DNA of 64,000 nt from Thermoplasmatales archaeon (GTDB lineage: Archaea > Thermoplasmatota > E2 > DHVEG-1): NCBI GenBank assembly GCA_020350825.1, contig CP070724.1:1013584-1077583 (forward strand), written 5' to 3'. Made by a program: the position numbers and the translations under genes. Shown piece after piece: positions 47,458 to 57,100 of the stretch; the stretch's first letter is position 1; each line of letters begins with the position of its first letter. The notes below the pieces were generated by a model. That model did not search any database. It was given only the letters and a program-made list of their open reading frames with translations, and was not told the DNA's origin.

Positions 47458-49098
47458 CTAGTAATTTTTCTTCTTTTTCATTAATAGAACAATTAAGACA
47501 GCTATTAACATTACAATTATTTCAAAACCTGGTGTAGAATCATCTTCTTTTACCTCATCTTCGTTATCAGATTTTGTTTCAACCTCGGTTTGATCACCTT
47601 CTTCAGGTTCTTTTTCTTCTTCCTCAGGTTCCTCTTCAATAATTTCTAAACCAATATAATTGACAATTTCCTCGTAACTTAAAGTTTCCATTATCATATT
47701 TTGCTTATCTATTGTTAGATAAAGCTTCATTGTTTTTGATTCCCATAACTCAGGAGAAAAAAAGTAATTGATTGTGTGATTACCTAAAAGACTAAGTGCT
47801 TGTTCTTCTGTAACATTTTCCTTAAAAATAATTATGACTTCTTCGCTGTTTTGTTTCTTTTCGTCATCTAGCCCACCAAAAGCATATAATTTATGGTTAT
47901 TACCACCTACATATATAGTTCCGTCAGCCCCAATTGCTGGAGAACTTGAAAAGGAAGATGCCTTAAGCCTCCATTTTTCAGTTCCATCTGGACTTAGTGC
48001 ATAGAAATTTCCACTACCTGCCCCAAAATATATTGTCCCGTCAGATCCTATTGCAGCAGAGGTACTAATTGCTTCTAACGAAGGAGGTGTTTCAAAATGC
48101 CATATTTCTTCACCTTCCGGTGTGAGTGCATAGAATGTTGCATCCCATGACCCTACATATATTGTTCCATCTGCACCAATTGCAGGTATTGCACTTACTC
48201 CATCATTTGTTTGATAGCGCCAAATTACATTTCCATTTGCAGGGTTAAGTGCATGAACGTATCCTTTTTTTGAACCGATATAGATTGTCCCATCAGATCC
48301 TACAGATGGGGAAGACTCTTGCCAAAGATTTGTTTTGAATTTCCATTTTATAGCTCCATTTGTTGGATTAAAAGCAAATGTATAACTGAGTTCACCTTGG
48401 CCTGCTCCACCAGCTGCATAAACTGTTCCATCATGTCCAACTGCAGGAGATGCAGGCATTCCTGATGATCCGCTATTAAACTTCCATTTTAAGCTTCCAT
48501 CTGGATTAATTGCATATAATATTCCTTCATACTGAATATTTGTAGTTTCTCCTGGGGGGTACTGTTGAGAACCCACATATATTGTTCCATCAGGGCCAAT
48601 TACAGGTGAGGACCATACGTCTACATATACATGTACAGGATAGCGCCATTTTTCAATCCCATCTGAGTTAAGCGCATACAAATAATTTGAAAACGAGGTA
48701 AAGTAAATAGTACCATCACTTGCAATTGCTGGTGAGGAAAGTATTGCTTTTTCAGTTTCATAACCTTGCATATCTATAATTGGAAAGGGTTCACCTGCAT
48801 TAAACTTCCATTTAAGTGTTCCATTTGGATTTATTGCGTAGAATTTGTTTTTATGATCACCAAAGTAAATTGTTCCATTTTCACCAATTGCAGGAGAGGT
48901 TTCAATTGGACCATCTGATTCAAAAGTCCATAAAATGGTTCCGTCTACATGGCTAGTATTATATGGGCTTAAACCACCATGTTGTGCACTGCCATGAATC
49001 ATTGGCCATGGGGATTCAGCTAACTGAGCATTAACACAATTTAAGCTTAAAATTGAAACTGTGATAAAAACAAGTATCATTATGATTATTTTTTTCAT
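47458..49098 (-). CDS. Secreted PQQ-like beta-propeller repeat protein with PGF-CTERM anchor signal
   Basis: Repeated GTIYxGS...LYAxNPxGxxKWxF blades, then an acidic linker. C-terminus TPGFEIIVMLIAVLIVLLMKKKKNY (PGF, then a TM helix, then a basic tail). Confidence 0.8.
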   Translation of the reverse strand: MKKIIIMILVFITVSILSLNCVNAQLAESPWPMIHGSAQHGGLSPYNTSHVDGTILWTFESDGPIETSPAIGENGTIYFGDHKNKFYAINPNGTLKWKFNAGEPFPIIDMQGYETEKAILSSPAIASDGTIYFTSFSNYLYALNSDGIEKWRYPVHVYVDVWSSPVIGPDGTIYVGSQQYPPGETTNIQYEGILYAINPDGSLKWKFNSGSSGMPASPAVGHDGTVYAAGGAGQGELSYTFAFNPTNGAIKWKFKTNLWQESSPSVGSDGTIYIGSKKGYVHALNPANGNVIWRYQTNDGVSAIPAIGADGTIYVGSWDATFYALTPEGEEIWHFETPPSLEAISTSAAIGSDGTIYFGAGSGNFYALSPDGTEKWRLKASSFSSSPAIGADGTIYVGGNNHKLYAFGGLDDEKKQNSEEVIIIFKENVTEEQALSLLGNHTINYFFSPELWESKTMKLYLTIDKQNMIMETLSYEEIVNYIGLEIIEEEPEEEEKEPEEGDQTEVETKSDNEDEVKEDDSTPGFEIIVMLIAVLIVLLMKKKKNY

Positions 49099-49273
49099 AT
49101 CCCATCGCCTTTAATACTTACAAACAAAAATCGTTTAATAAAATTATGGAGCAATTCAAAAAGTATTTCGAGGTTTAGAACAGAAATCCTATCATATAGT
49201 CTAAATTAACTTTAATAAATAAAACATGTTTTTAAAGAAATAGCTGTTATGAATTTTAATTAGGGGGAGTAAA

Positions 49274-50926
49274 ATGAATGGCTATTCCATTTTAATTGGA
49301 GGAAAAGCTGGAGATGGAATAAATCAAGCTGGCTTACTCATTGCCCGTATCTTCAATCAACTTGGTTATCGTATCTATATGTATTATGACTATCCTTCTC
49401 TAATCAGAGGAGGACATAATTTTTCTATAGTAAGAGCAACAAAAAACAAAGTAGGTACTCATCAAAACCAAATCGATTTTCTTCTTGCTTTAAACCAAGA
49501 TACTATTGACCTGCATAAACATCGGTTAAAAAAAACCTCAAATGTAATCTATGATTCTGATGGTGTAAAATCAGAAGGAATAGGTATTCCTTTGAAAACG
49601 GTAATACAGGACGAAAAGGCGCCTGTAATATCGCGAAATTCATGTCTTATTGGAGGTTTCTGTAAAGCTGCAGGCATTAAGTATAACATTTTAGAGCAAG
49701 TCTTTAAGAAACATATCTCTAGAGATATAGAACTCAATCTGAGAGTTGCCCATCGTGGATACAAAGAAGTCAAGGAGTTAGCTAAAATAAGGATCCTGTC
49801 TAAACGCCCTCTACCTTTGTTAACTGGAAATGAGGCCATTGGATTAGGTCTTATTAAAGGTGGTTTGAGCACATACATTGCTTATCCAATGACTCCTTCT
49901 TCAGGTCTCTTACATTTTCTAGCCAGGATTGCTAAAGATTTTTCTTTAAAGGTTATCCACCCTGAAAACGAGATAGCCGTAATGTTGATGGCTTTAGGTT
50001 CTTCATATGGTGGAGAAAAAACAGCGGTTGGCACCTCTGGGGGAGGATTTTGTTTGATGACTGAGGGTTTAAGTCTTGCGGGTATGTCAGAAGTACCTAT
50101 AGTTGTTATGGTTTCACAAAGGCCTGGACCGAGCACGGGTGTTCCTACATATACCGCCCAAAGTGACTTACACTTTGTATTAAATGCTGGACAGGGAGAA
50201 TTTACTCGATTTATGGTTTCTCCAGGGAACGCAGAGGAAGCATATTATTGGTCAACAGTTGCTATAAATATCTCTTGGAGGTATCAAATTCCATCTATCA
50301 TTCTGGTTGATAAAACTTTGAGTGAAGGAGTGTTTAGTTTTGATAAAGAGGCAGTTAAAAATTTGAAAGAAGAAAAACCTATATTATGGGATAAGAAACA
50401 ACCTTACAAAAGATATCTAGATACAAAGACTGGGATCTCACCTTTAAGTTTTATACCTAATAAAGATGCGGTGATTAAAGTAAATAGTTACACCCATGAT
50501 GAATATGGAATAACTACTGAAGAACCGCAGATGATTTCCCTGATGCAGGATAAACGTCTGCGTAAAGAACAATATCTTATACAAGATTTGGAAAAATATG
50601 AAACAGTAAATTTTTTTGGAGATAAGGGCTCCTCAGTTGCATTATTATGTTGGGGATCTACTAAAGGAGCCTGTGTTGAAATATCAGAAAAGTTTGGTTT
50701 AAGAGTTGTCCAACCTATCGTTCTTTCACCATTTCCAGTGAAACAATTTCGAGAGAGGCTTAAAGGAGTTAAAAAACTAATCTCAGTCGAAAATAACAGC
50801 ACTGGTCAGCTTGTGCGTCTCATTAATCAGCATGGATTTAATGTGGATGAAAAGATATTGAAATACGATGGAAGACCCTTTTCTCTGGAAGAACTAGAAT
50901 CAGATTTAAAAAAGGTGATAAAATGA
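49274..50926 (+). CDS. 2-oxoacid:ferredoxin oxidoreductase, fused gamma-alpha subunit
   Basis: N-terminal gamma-domain ILIGGKAGDGINQAGLLIARIF...RGGHNFS, followed by alpha-domain LLTGNEAIGLGLIKGG...AYPMTPSS. Confidence 0.85.
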   Translation: MNGYSILIGGKAGDGINQAGLLIARIFNQLGYRIYMYYDYPSLIRGGHNFSIVRATKNKVGTHQNQIDFLLALNQDTIDLHKHRLKKTSNVIYDSDGVKSEGIGIPLKTVIQDEKAPVISRNSCLIGGFCKAAGIKYNILEQVFKKHISRDIELNLRVAHRGYKEVKELAKIRILSKRPLPLLTGNEAIGLGLIKGGLSTYIAYPMTPSSGLLHFLARIAKDFSLKVIHPENEIAVMLMALGSSYGGEKTAVGTSGGGFCLMTEGLSLAGMSEVPIVVMVSQRPGPSTGVPTYTAQSDLHFVLNAGQGEFTRFMVSPGNAEEAYYWSTVAINISWRYQIPSIILVDKTLSEGVFSFDKEAVKNLKEEKPILWDKKQPYKRYLDTKTGISPLSFIPNKDAVIKVNSYTHDEYGITTEEPQMISLMQDKRLRKEQYLIQDLEKYETVNFFGDKGSSVALLCWGSTKGACVEISEKFGLRVVQPIVLSPFPVKQFRERLKGVKKLISVENNSTGQLVRLINQHGFNVDEKILKYDGRPFSLEELESDLKKVIK

Positions 50927-51774
50927 ACCAGAAACAATTAGCTACTTCTGCCAAGAATACATGGTGCCCAGGTTGCGGTAATTTTGCTATTTTAAATACT
51001 ATAAAAAAAGTGCTTACTGTGATAAACGAAGAAGGTTTTCCTTTAGATAAAATAGTTATGGTTTCAGGAATTGGTTGTCATGCCAAAATCGTTGATTACA
51101 TCGATGTAAATAGTTACTATGCTATCCATGGGAGAGTAACACCAGTAGCTGAAGGAATAAAACTAGCTAATCCTGATTTGAAAGTGATTGGTTTCGCAGG
51201 AGATGGCGATGCATATGGTGAAGGATTGGAACACATAGTTTTTGCAGCAAAAAGAAATATTGATATTACAATGATAGTCCACAATAATCGCGTGTATGGA
51301 CTCACTACAGGGCAATATACTCCCACATCTCCTTTAGGTTTTAAAGGGCGTTCAACTCCTTCAGGTACAGCAGAGCTACCGCTGAATCCTCTTGAATTGA
51401 TGTTGGCAAGCGGTGCCACATTTATTGCTAGGGCATATTCTAATAGAATGGATCTTCTAAAAAGAACATTTAAGGAAGCCATTCTGCACAAGGGATTTTC
51501 TTTGATTGATGTACTTCAGCCATGTGTAACGTTTTTTAATACATATGAATACTATAACAAACATGTTTATGAGCTAACATCTCATGATAGCCAAATTTTC
51601 GATCAGGCTTTGAAGAAGATATCGGAATGGGACTACAATTCTGAAGCGCCTATCGCCCTTGGAACATTTTATAAAATAGAAAAACCAGTATTTGAAGAAC
51701 AAATTTTAAAACAAAAAACAAAGGTATTAGATAGAAACTTAAAAATAAAGGAAACTCTGGCTAATTATATTTAA
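50923..51774 (+). CDS. 2-oxoacid:ferredoxin oxidoreductase, beta (TPP-binding) subunit
   Basis: WCPGCGNFAIL and GDGDAYGEGLEH motifs. Overlaps the alpha gene by 4 nt. Confidence 0.88.
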   Translation: MNQKQLATSAKNTWCPGCGNFAILNTIKKVLTVINEEGFPLDKIVMVSGIGCHAKIVDYIDVNSYYAIHGRVTPVAEGIKLANPDLKVIGFAGDGDAYGEGLEHIVFAAKRNIDITMIVHNNRVYGLTTGQYTPTSPLGFKGRSTPSGTAELPLNPLELMLASGATFIARAYSNRMDLLKRTFKEAILHKGFSLIDVLQPCVTFFNTYEYYNKHVYELTSHDSQIFDQALKKISEWDYNSEAPIALGTFYKIEKPVFEEQILKQKTKVLDRNLKIKETLANYI

Positions 51775-51824
51775 ATATGGTATGAATAGTTGAATGCATT
51801 AAATGAATAATTTGAGGTATTTTC

Positions 51825-52426
51825 TTGATTGAAGAAGATGAAGAATGGGAGGATATTTACCGAAAATATCCGTTAGAAGAAATTCCGTGGCATTCGGATG
51901 AGCCAGATAAAAATCTTATAGAAGTGTTGAGAAAGAAAAATATTAAGATTGGGTATGCGTTAGATGTTTGCAGTGGCGCAGGTACAAATAGTGTATTTTT
52001 AGCAGAAAAAGGGTTTGATGTAACTGGTATTGATATATCAGAAACTGCTATGATCATTGGACGACAACGTGCAGAAAAGGCAGGGATTTCAGAGAAGTGT
52101 AAATTTTTTTCAGGAGATATATTTAAACGCAACTATCAAAAAACAAATTCGATTTCATCTTTGACAGAGGATGTTATCATCATATATCAAAAAAAGATAA
52201 GCCAAAATTCGTAAAAATTATAAGTCAATCTCTAAAAAAGAGGGGTAAATATTTTTTTATTTGCTTCAGTGACAAGAATCCACCATGGGAAAAGAATGTA
52301 TCAAAAGAAGAAATTAAAGAGAATTTCTTAAAATATTTTGATATTGGAAAAATAAGAGATTATCCTACTATTGAAAAAACCGGGAGAAAATTACATTTCT
52401 ATGTTACCTTGATGACAAAGAAATAA
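51825..52426 (+). pseudogene. Class I SAM-dependent methyltransferase interrupted by a frameshift in an A6 run
   Basis: Frame 1 gives ALDVCSGAGTNSVFLAEKGFDVTGIDISE...FFSGDIF. After the A-run at 52138-52143 the homologous continuation KFDFIFDRGCYHHISKKDKPKFV...HFYVTLMTKK* lies in the -1 frame and ends at 52426. Confidence 0.7.
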
Positions 52427-52456
52427 ATTAGGCTATTTTTGGTTCGATTGCCTTTT

Positions 52457-53113
52457 TTAATCTAAAACTTCATTGATTTTATTTAGAATTTTTACTGCCC
52501 TATCTTTAGCCTCTACATAAGAGTAGTTTTCATTTCCGCTAAAATTTTCTACTTGATCCATAAAATTCAATATTTCTCTTTTGCTGCTAGTCAAATGCCT
52601 TTTTTTTGCATCTATATTTAATGGTTTTTCTCCTTGGAGTTTCTGTCCGCCTTCACTACCCCCTTCAGGAAAATACCAGTCTTTAAACCATGTGAATCCA
52701 AGATTGAATAATTTGTAGCCTAGTCGTGTTATCGGCGGTGGAATACCATAGTTAAGGCCAAAAGCTGTTTCTTTATCACTATAGTACGCAACATAAATGG
52801 TCTCTCCTGGCCCGAGTGAATTAGAGAATAAATTCAATAAGTAATCCTCAATTTTTGAATTAAAATACTCGATTTTATTTCCCAACATTATATTATTGTT
52901 TATATTGGAAAATTCAACCCAAGGACGGTAATAAGGTTTAAGACCGTAATACACCGTTGTATCAAGAAGTTCTTCTTCCTTATCATCTTTCTTCAGGGAG
53001 ACATGTAATCTAACTTCATTTCTGAGTCTACCATGTTTTACATTTTTAGCATGGACTATGGACCTATTAACTCTGAGACCTTTCGCTAATTTTTCAACAG
53101 TCTTTTTAAGCAT
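52457..53113 (-). CDS. Conserved hypothetical protein
   Basis: 218-aa ORF with no confidently recognised family (possibly a DUF-type archaeal family). Confidence 0.45.
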   Translation of the reverse strand: MLKKTVEKLAKGLRVNRSIVHAKNVKHGRLRNEVRLHVSLKKDDKEEELLDTTVYYGLKPYYRPWVEFSNINNNIMLGNKIEYFNSKIEDYLLNLFSNSLGPGETIYVAYYSDKETAFGLNYGIPPPITRLGYKLFNLGFTWFKDWYFPEGGSEGGQKLQGEKPLNIDAKKRHLTSSKREILNFMDQVENFSGNENYSYVEAKDRAVKILNKINEVLD

Positions 53114-53231
53114 AGTCTCTAGTTATATATGGTCTTGTCCTTAAAATCATTTTAGGGTCAAAAAACAGAAAAAGAAAAATTCTTAAATATGCAGTAATTT
53201 ATTTTTAAAAAATGATGGAGGTGATAAAAAT

Positions 53232-53399
53232 ATGACATTGACATTAGACTGTAAAGATATTGGGACTAATTGCCCCTACGTAGCACATGGTGAAACTGAA
53301 GAGGAATTGATGGTAGATGCTATAGAGCACAGCAAAGAAGTCCTAGATTATACGGATGAACAAATGAATACCAAGAAGAGTGGAGGTAAATTAGAATGA
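53232..53399 (+). CDS. DUF1059-like small metal-binding protein
   Basis: Absent from the ORF track (55 aa). Own translation: MTLTLDCKDIGTNCPYVAHGETEEELMVDAIEHSKEVLDYTDEQ... ATGA overlap with the next gene. Confidence 0.55.
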   Translation: MTLTLDCKDIGTNCPYVAHGETEEELMVDAIEHSKEVLDYTDEQMNTKKSGGKLE

Positions 53400-53824
53400 G
53401 TGTAGAAGAAAACCTAAATATTATTGAAATTGTAGACAAAGCGTTCAACGAAAGAGATTGGGATATTTTTAATCGATGTCATACTGAGTCAATCATCTGT
53501 TATACCCCCCGAACTCCAGAGCCTGACAAAGGAATAGATGCTCATCGTGAATCAGTAAAAGGTTTAATCAGTACATTTCCTGACTTCCATTTGAAAAGAG
53601 AACGTAGTTTTGGCCAGGACGACTGGACCTGTGCCATTTACAAAATTACAGGGACTCATAAAAGTCCTCTTCAGGGATCGGGTGGTAAAACAATCCCCCC
53701 AACCAATAAGCCAATTCGAATTGACCTTGCTATTGCGCTCAGGTTTGAAGGTGGCAAAATCGCGGAAGAACACATATACTATGACCGTCTTGCTATGTTG
53801 GCTCAGCTAGGTCTCGCCCCGTAA
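53396..53824 (+). CDS. SnoaL-like / ester-cyclase (NTF2-fold) protein
   Basis: NLNIIEIVDKAFNERDWDIFNRCHTES... and C-terminal KIAEEHIYYDRLAMLAQLG, typical of ester cyclases. Confidence 0.6.
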   Translation: MSVEENLNIIEIVDKAFNERDWDIFNRCHTESIICYTPRTPEPDKGIDAHRESVKGLISTFPDFHLKRERSFGQDDWTCAIYKITGTHKSPLQGSGGKTIPPTNKPIRIDLAIALRFEGGKIAEEHIYYDRLAMLAQLGLAP

Positions 53825-53980
53825 TATGTTGACAAATTTAGGTAACATCATCAACTTAAAATCAACCGCATTTATATTATTGTAAAAACTAAAATAATGC
53901 ATAAACCAGATAATTTTTATTTTTTAATATTTTTCATGAGTTTATAACTTTTCAAGGACGAAAAGATTGTTAGTAATTGC

Positions 53981-54040
53981 TATTTTTAAATTGTTTTTAA
54001 ACTATTTTTAATTCGTTTTTAAGATATGATTAAATATTTC
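53981..54040 (+). promoter_or_regulatory. Phased T5A2-3 repeat promoter, copy A (4 units plus TATA-like box)
   Basis: tatttttaaa ttgtttttaaa ctatttttaat tcgtttttaag atatgatTAAATATTt. T5 tracts start at 53983, 53994, 54005 and 54016, exactly 11 bp apart. GGAGGT RBS at 54071, ATG at 54084. Confidence 0.6.
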
Positions 54041-54083
54041 GAAGAAATGGAGAATATAATAAGATAATAATGGAGGTAGAAAT

Positions 54084-54461
54084 ATGTTAGTAAATGCTCA
54101 ATTAGTAGCCACAGTTCCTGTGGTAGATTTGGAACGTGCGAGAAGATTTTATGAGGAAAAACTCGACTTAAATCTTTGTGAAATTAATGAACAAGGAATT
54201 GTGTTCGAAGCAGGAGATGAAACACAGCTCTATCTTTACAAAAGAGATCAAACCAAAGCGGATCATACAGTAGCATCATTTTTAGTTGAAGATATCGAAA
54301 CAGAAGTTAAAAGACTCAAAGAGAAGGGTGTCGTTTTCGAAGAATATGATTCTCCTCAAATTAAAACTATAAACAGTATCGCGACTACAGGAGAATATAA
54401 ATCGGCTTGGTTTAAAGATACCGAAGGTAATATTCTTGCTGTAACTAAAAAGATCTCATAG
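54084..54461 (+). CDS. VOC (glyoxalase/bleomycin-resistance) family protein
   Basis: 125 aa with the paired beta-alpha-beta-beta-beta pattern: VPVVDLERARRFYEEKLDL ... AWFKDTEGNILAV. Confidence 0.7.
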   Translation: MLVNAQLVATVPVVDLERARRFYEEKLDLNLCEINEQGIVFEAGDETQLYLYKRDQTKADHTVASFLVEDIETEVKRLKEKGVVFEEYDSPQIKTINSIATTGEYKSAWFKDTEGNILAVTKKIS

Positions 54462-54671
54462 ACATATTAATTTCTTCTTCTTTTTTTTAATAATTATATT
54501 TTTAAATGGTGACAATGGAGAATTTCTATCATCTAATAATAGTTTAATCAGTTGTTATGATTACCCAAGTTTCAGGAGAAGATTTTGTTATTTGTTAAAA
54601 TATTGGAATTTATTAGGGTATTAGTAAAGTATTTATGAAAAAATGTTATAGAATAGTGATAAAATATTAAA

Positions 54672-57032
54672 ATGAAGGGGGAGCAAATGACCAATAAGAA
54701 AAAACTTGATAGTTCTAAGAATTTAAACGAGACTCGTTCTTATGTTAATCTCGAAAAGATTACAAAGGAGCGTAAGATTGCGGATAAGATATTCAAGCAA
54801 TTCTTTGATAATGGGCCAGAATACAGTTATATCGTTTCAACAGAAGGGCTAATAATCGATGTAAACCGTGCTGCACTCAAAGCGTTAGGCTACAGGAAAG
54901 CAGAGCTCATCGGTAAGCCTCTAAAAACGATTTATGCTCCTGAATCATTATCGAAGATGCAGCAAATTTTTGAAAAGTGGAAAAAGATCGGACATATTAG
55001 GAATAAAGAAATTGTAATTATGACGAAGAAAGGGGGGAGGCGAACAGTTCTTCTCAGTGCCGGTGCAGTGAGAGATAGCAATGGGAAAATTCAGTATTCT
55101 GTATCAATCCAAAGGGATATTACTGAACGTAAGAAGATAGGAAGAGAAAAAGAAAAGTTATTGCATGACTTAGGTGAACGTGTAAAAGAACTTAATTATC
55201 TTTACGGTCTTTCAAAACTTGTTGAGCGATCTAATATCACATTGGAGGAAATATATCAAGGGGCTGTTGATTTAATCCCACCTTCTTGGCAGTATCCAGA
55301 TATTACATGTGCAAGAATAATTATTGATAATAAAGAATTTAAAACACTAAACTGTATGGAGAGTAAGTTCAAACAGTTTGCTGATATTAGAGCCTATGGA
55401 AAGATAGTTGGCGTTATCGAGGTCTACTACCTGGAAAAAAGGCCTATTATTGATGAAGGGCCATTCTTAAAAGAGGAGAGGAAGCTATTAGACGCTATTG
55501 CTGAACGTTTGGGACGTATCACCGAACGTAAGAAGGCAGAAATCAGACTAAGGGAAAGTGAACAGAGGTATTCGCTTGCTCAACGAGCAGCTAATATTGG
55601 TAGCTGGGATTGGGATATTCTAACTGATGATCTGATATGGTCTGAGCAGATAGAACCCCTGTTTGGATTTAGTAAGGGTAAATTTGGGGGAACTTACCGA
55701 GCGTTTCTTGATTGTGTTCATCCTGAAGATCTTCAATTTGTGATTGATTCAATTAATGCCTGTGTAAAACATGGCAAGGATTACGCAATAGAACATCGTA
55801 TTGTCTGGCCTGATGGTACTGTGCGTTGGGTTTCAGAAACAGGGGATGTTATCAGAGATGATAAAGGGATGGCGATACGAATGCTTGGAGTTGTGCACGA
55901 CATCACTAAGCGTAAAAAAGCAGAGGATGCTGTTAAAGTTGCATATACAGAACTTGATCAGATATTCAACACCGCAGCAGATGGGATGCGTGTGATTGAT
56001 AAAAACTTCAACATTCTTCGAATCAATGATACATTTGCAAAACTTGTAGGTATAGACAAGGATAAAGCAGTGGGTAAAAAGTGTTACGATGTGTTTCCTG
56101 GTTCTCAATGCCATACTCCCCGTTGTCCGTTGACCCAGATACTTAATGGTAAGGAATATCTTGAATATGAAGTAAAAAAAGAGCGAAGTGATGGCACCAA
56201 AATTGATTGCATTGTATCGATAACTCCCTTTTTGGGGCACGATGGCGAGCTTCTTGGTATTGTAGAGGATTTCAAAGATATCACTGATCGGAAAAAATCT
56301 GAGGTGAAAATTAAAAAATTGAATGAGGATTTAACACGGCAAACAGTTGAGCTCACTGCAATAAATAAGGAATTGGAAGCATTTAGTTATTCTGTTTCCC
56401 ATGATTTACGGGCTCCATTACGTAGCATCGATGGTTTTAGTCAGGCATTGTTAGAAGATTATGAAGATAAGTTAGATGAACAAGGTAAGGACTATCTACG
56501 ACGGGTACGTAAATCAACTCAACGTATGGGGCAACTCATTGACGATATGCTTAAATTGTCACGTTTGACACGTTCCGAGATGCATTACGAGGAAGTCGAT
56601 TTAAGTAAATTAGCACGATCCGTTTCGGAACAACTCCAAAAGACGGAACCATCACGGAATGTAAATTTTATAATTAATGACGGACTAACTACGAAAGGAG
56701 ACAATCATCTTCTTCAGATAGCACTTGAAAACCTTTTTGGTAATGCATGGAAGTTTACAAAAAGACAGTCAAATGCAAAAATCGAAATGGGTAAAACAAT
56801 TGAAAAGGGAAAACAAGCATTCTTTATACGTGACAATGGTGTTGGTTTTAATATGAAATATGCAGATAAACTATTTGTTCCCTTTCAGCGTCTTCATCCT
56901 TCAGATGAATTCCCTGGTACTGGTATTGGACTGGGAATTGTCTCACGTATTATACATAAACATGGAGGTTATATATGGGCTGAAGCAGAAGTGGGAAAAC
57001 ATGCAACATTCTATTTCACATTAGAAAGTTAA
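54672..57032 (+). CDS. Multi-PAS sensor histidine kinase
   Basis: At least three PAS/PAC modules (e.g. WDWDILTDDLIWSEQ...HPEDL...RIVWPDGTVRWV). H-box FSYSVSHDLRAPLRSI. HATPase N/G boxes NLFGNAWKF and GTGIGLGIV. Confidence 0.9.
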   Translation: MKGEQMTNKKKLDSSKNLNETRSYVNLEKITKERKIADKIFKQFFDNGPEYSYIVSTEGLIIDVNRAALKALGYRKAELIGKPLKTIYAPESLSKMQQIFEKWKKIGHIRNKEIVIMTKKGGRRTVLLSAGAVRDSNGKIQYSVSIQRDITERKKIGREKEKLLHDLGERVKELNYLYGLSKLVERSNITLEEIYQGAVDLIPPSWQYPDITCARIIIDNKEFKTLNCMESKFKQFADIRAYGKIVGVIEVYYLEKRPIIDEGPFLKEERKLLDAIAERLGRITERKKAEIRLRESEQRYSLAQRAANIGSWDWDILTDDLIWSEQIEPLFGFSKGKFGGTYRAFLDCVHPEDLQFVIDSINACVKHGKDYAIEHRIVWPDGTVRWVSETGDVIRDDKGMAIRMLGVVHDITKRKKAEDAVKVAYTELDQIFNTAADGMRVIDKNFNILRINDTFAKLVGIDKDKAVGKKCYDVFPGSQCHTPRCPLTQILNGKEYLEYEVKKERSDGTKIDCIVSITPFLGHDGELLGIVEDFKDITDRKKSEVKIKKLNEDLTRQTVELTAINKELEAFSYSVSHDLRAPLRSIDGFSQALLEDYEDKLDEQGKDYLRRVRKSTQRMGQLIDDMLKLSRLTRSEMHYEEVDLSKLARSVSEQLQKTEPSRNVNFIINDGLTTKGDNHLLQIALENLFGNAWKFTKRQSNAKIEMGKTIEKGKQAFFIRDNGVGFNMKYADKLFVPFQRLHPSDEFPGTGIGLGIVSRIIHKHGGYIWAEAEVGKHATFYFTLES

Positions 57033-57100
57033 AAAAAAGGAATTAGATTATGAATATGAAAATCATGTATAAACTGCCGTTATCATAATTTTAGGGGTAG

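Noticed and set aside
52138-52143. Programmed -1 ribosomal frameshifting at the A-run of the methyltransferase.
   Set aside because: In the zero frame the sequence CAA AAA ACA does not form a canonical X XXY YYZ slippery heptamer, and I saw no downstream stimulatory structure. A homopolymer indel, either an error or a mutation, is the simpler explanation.
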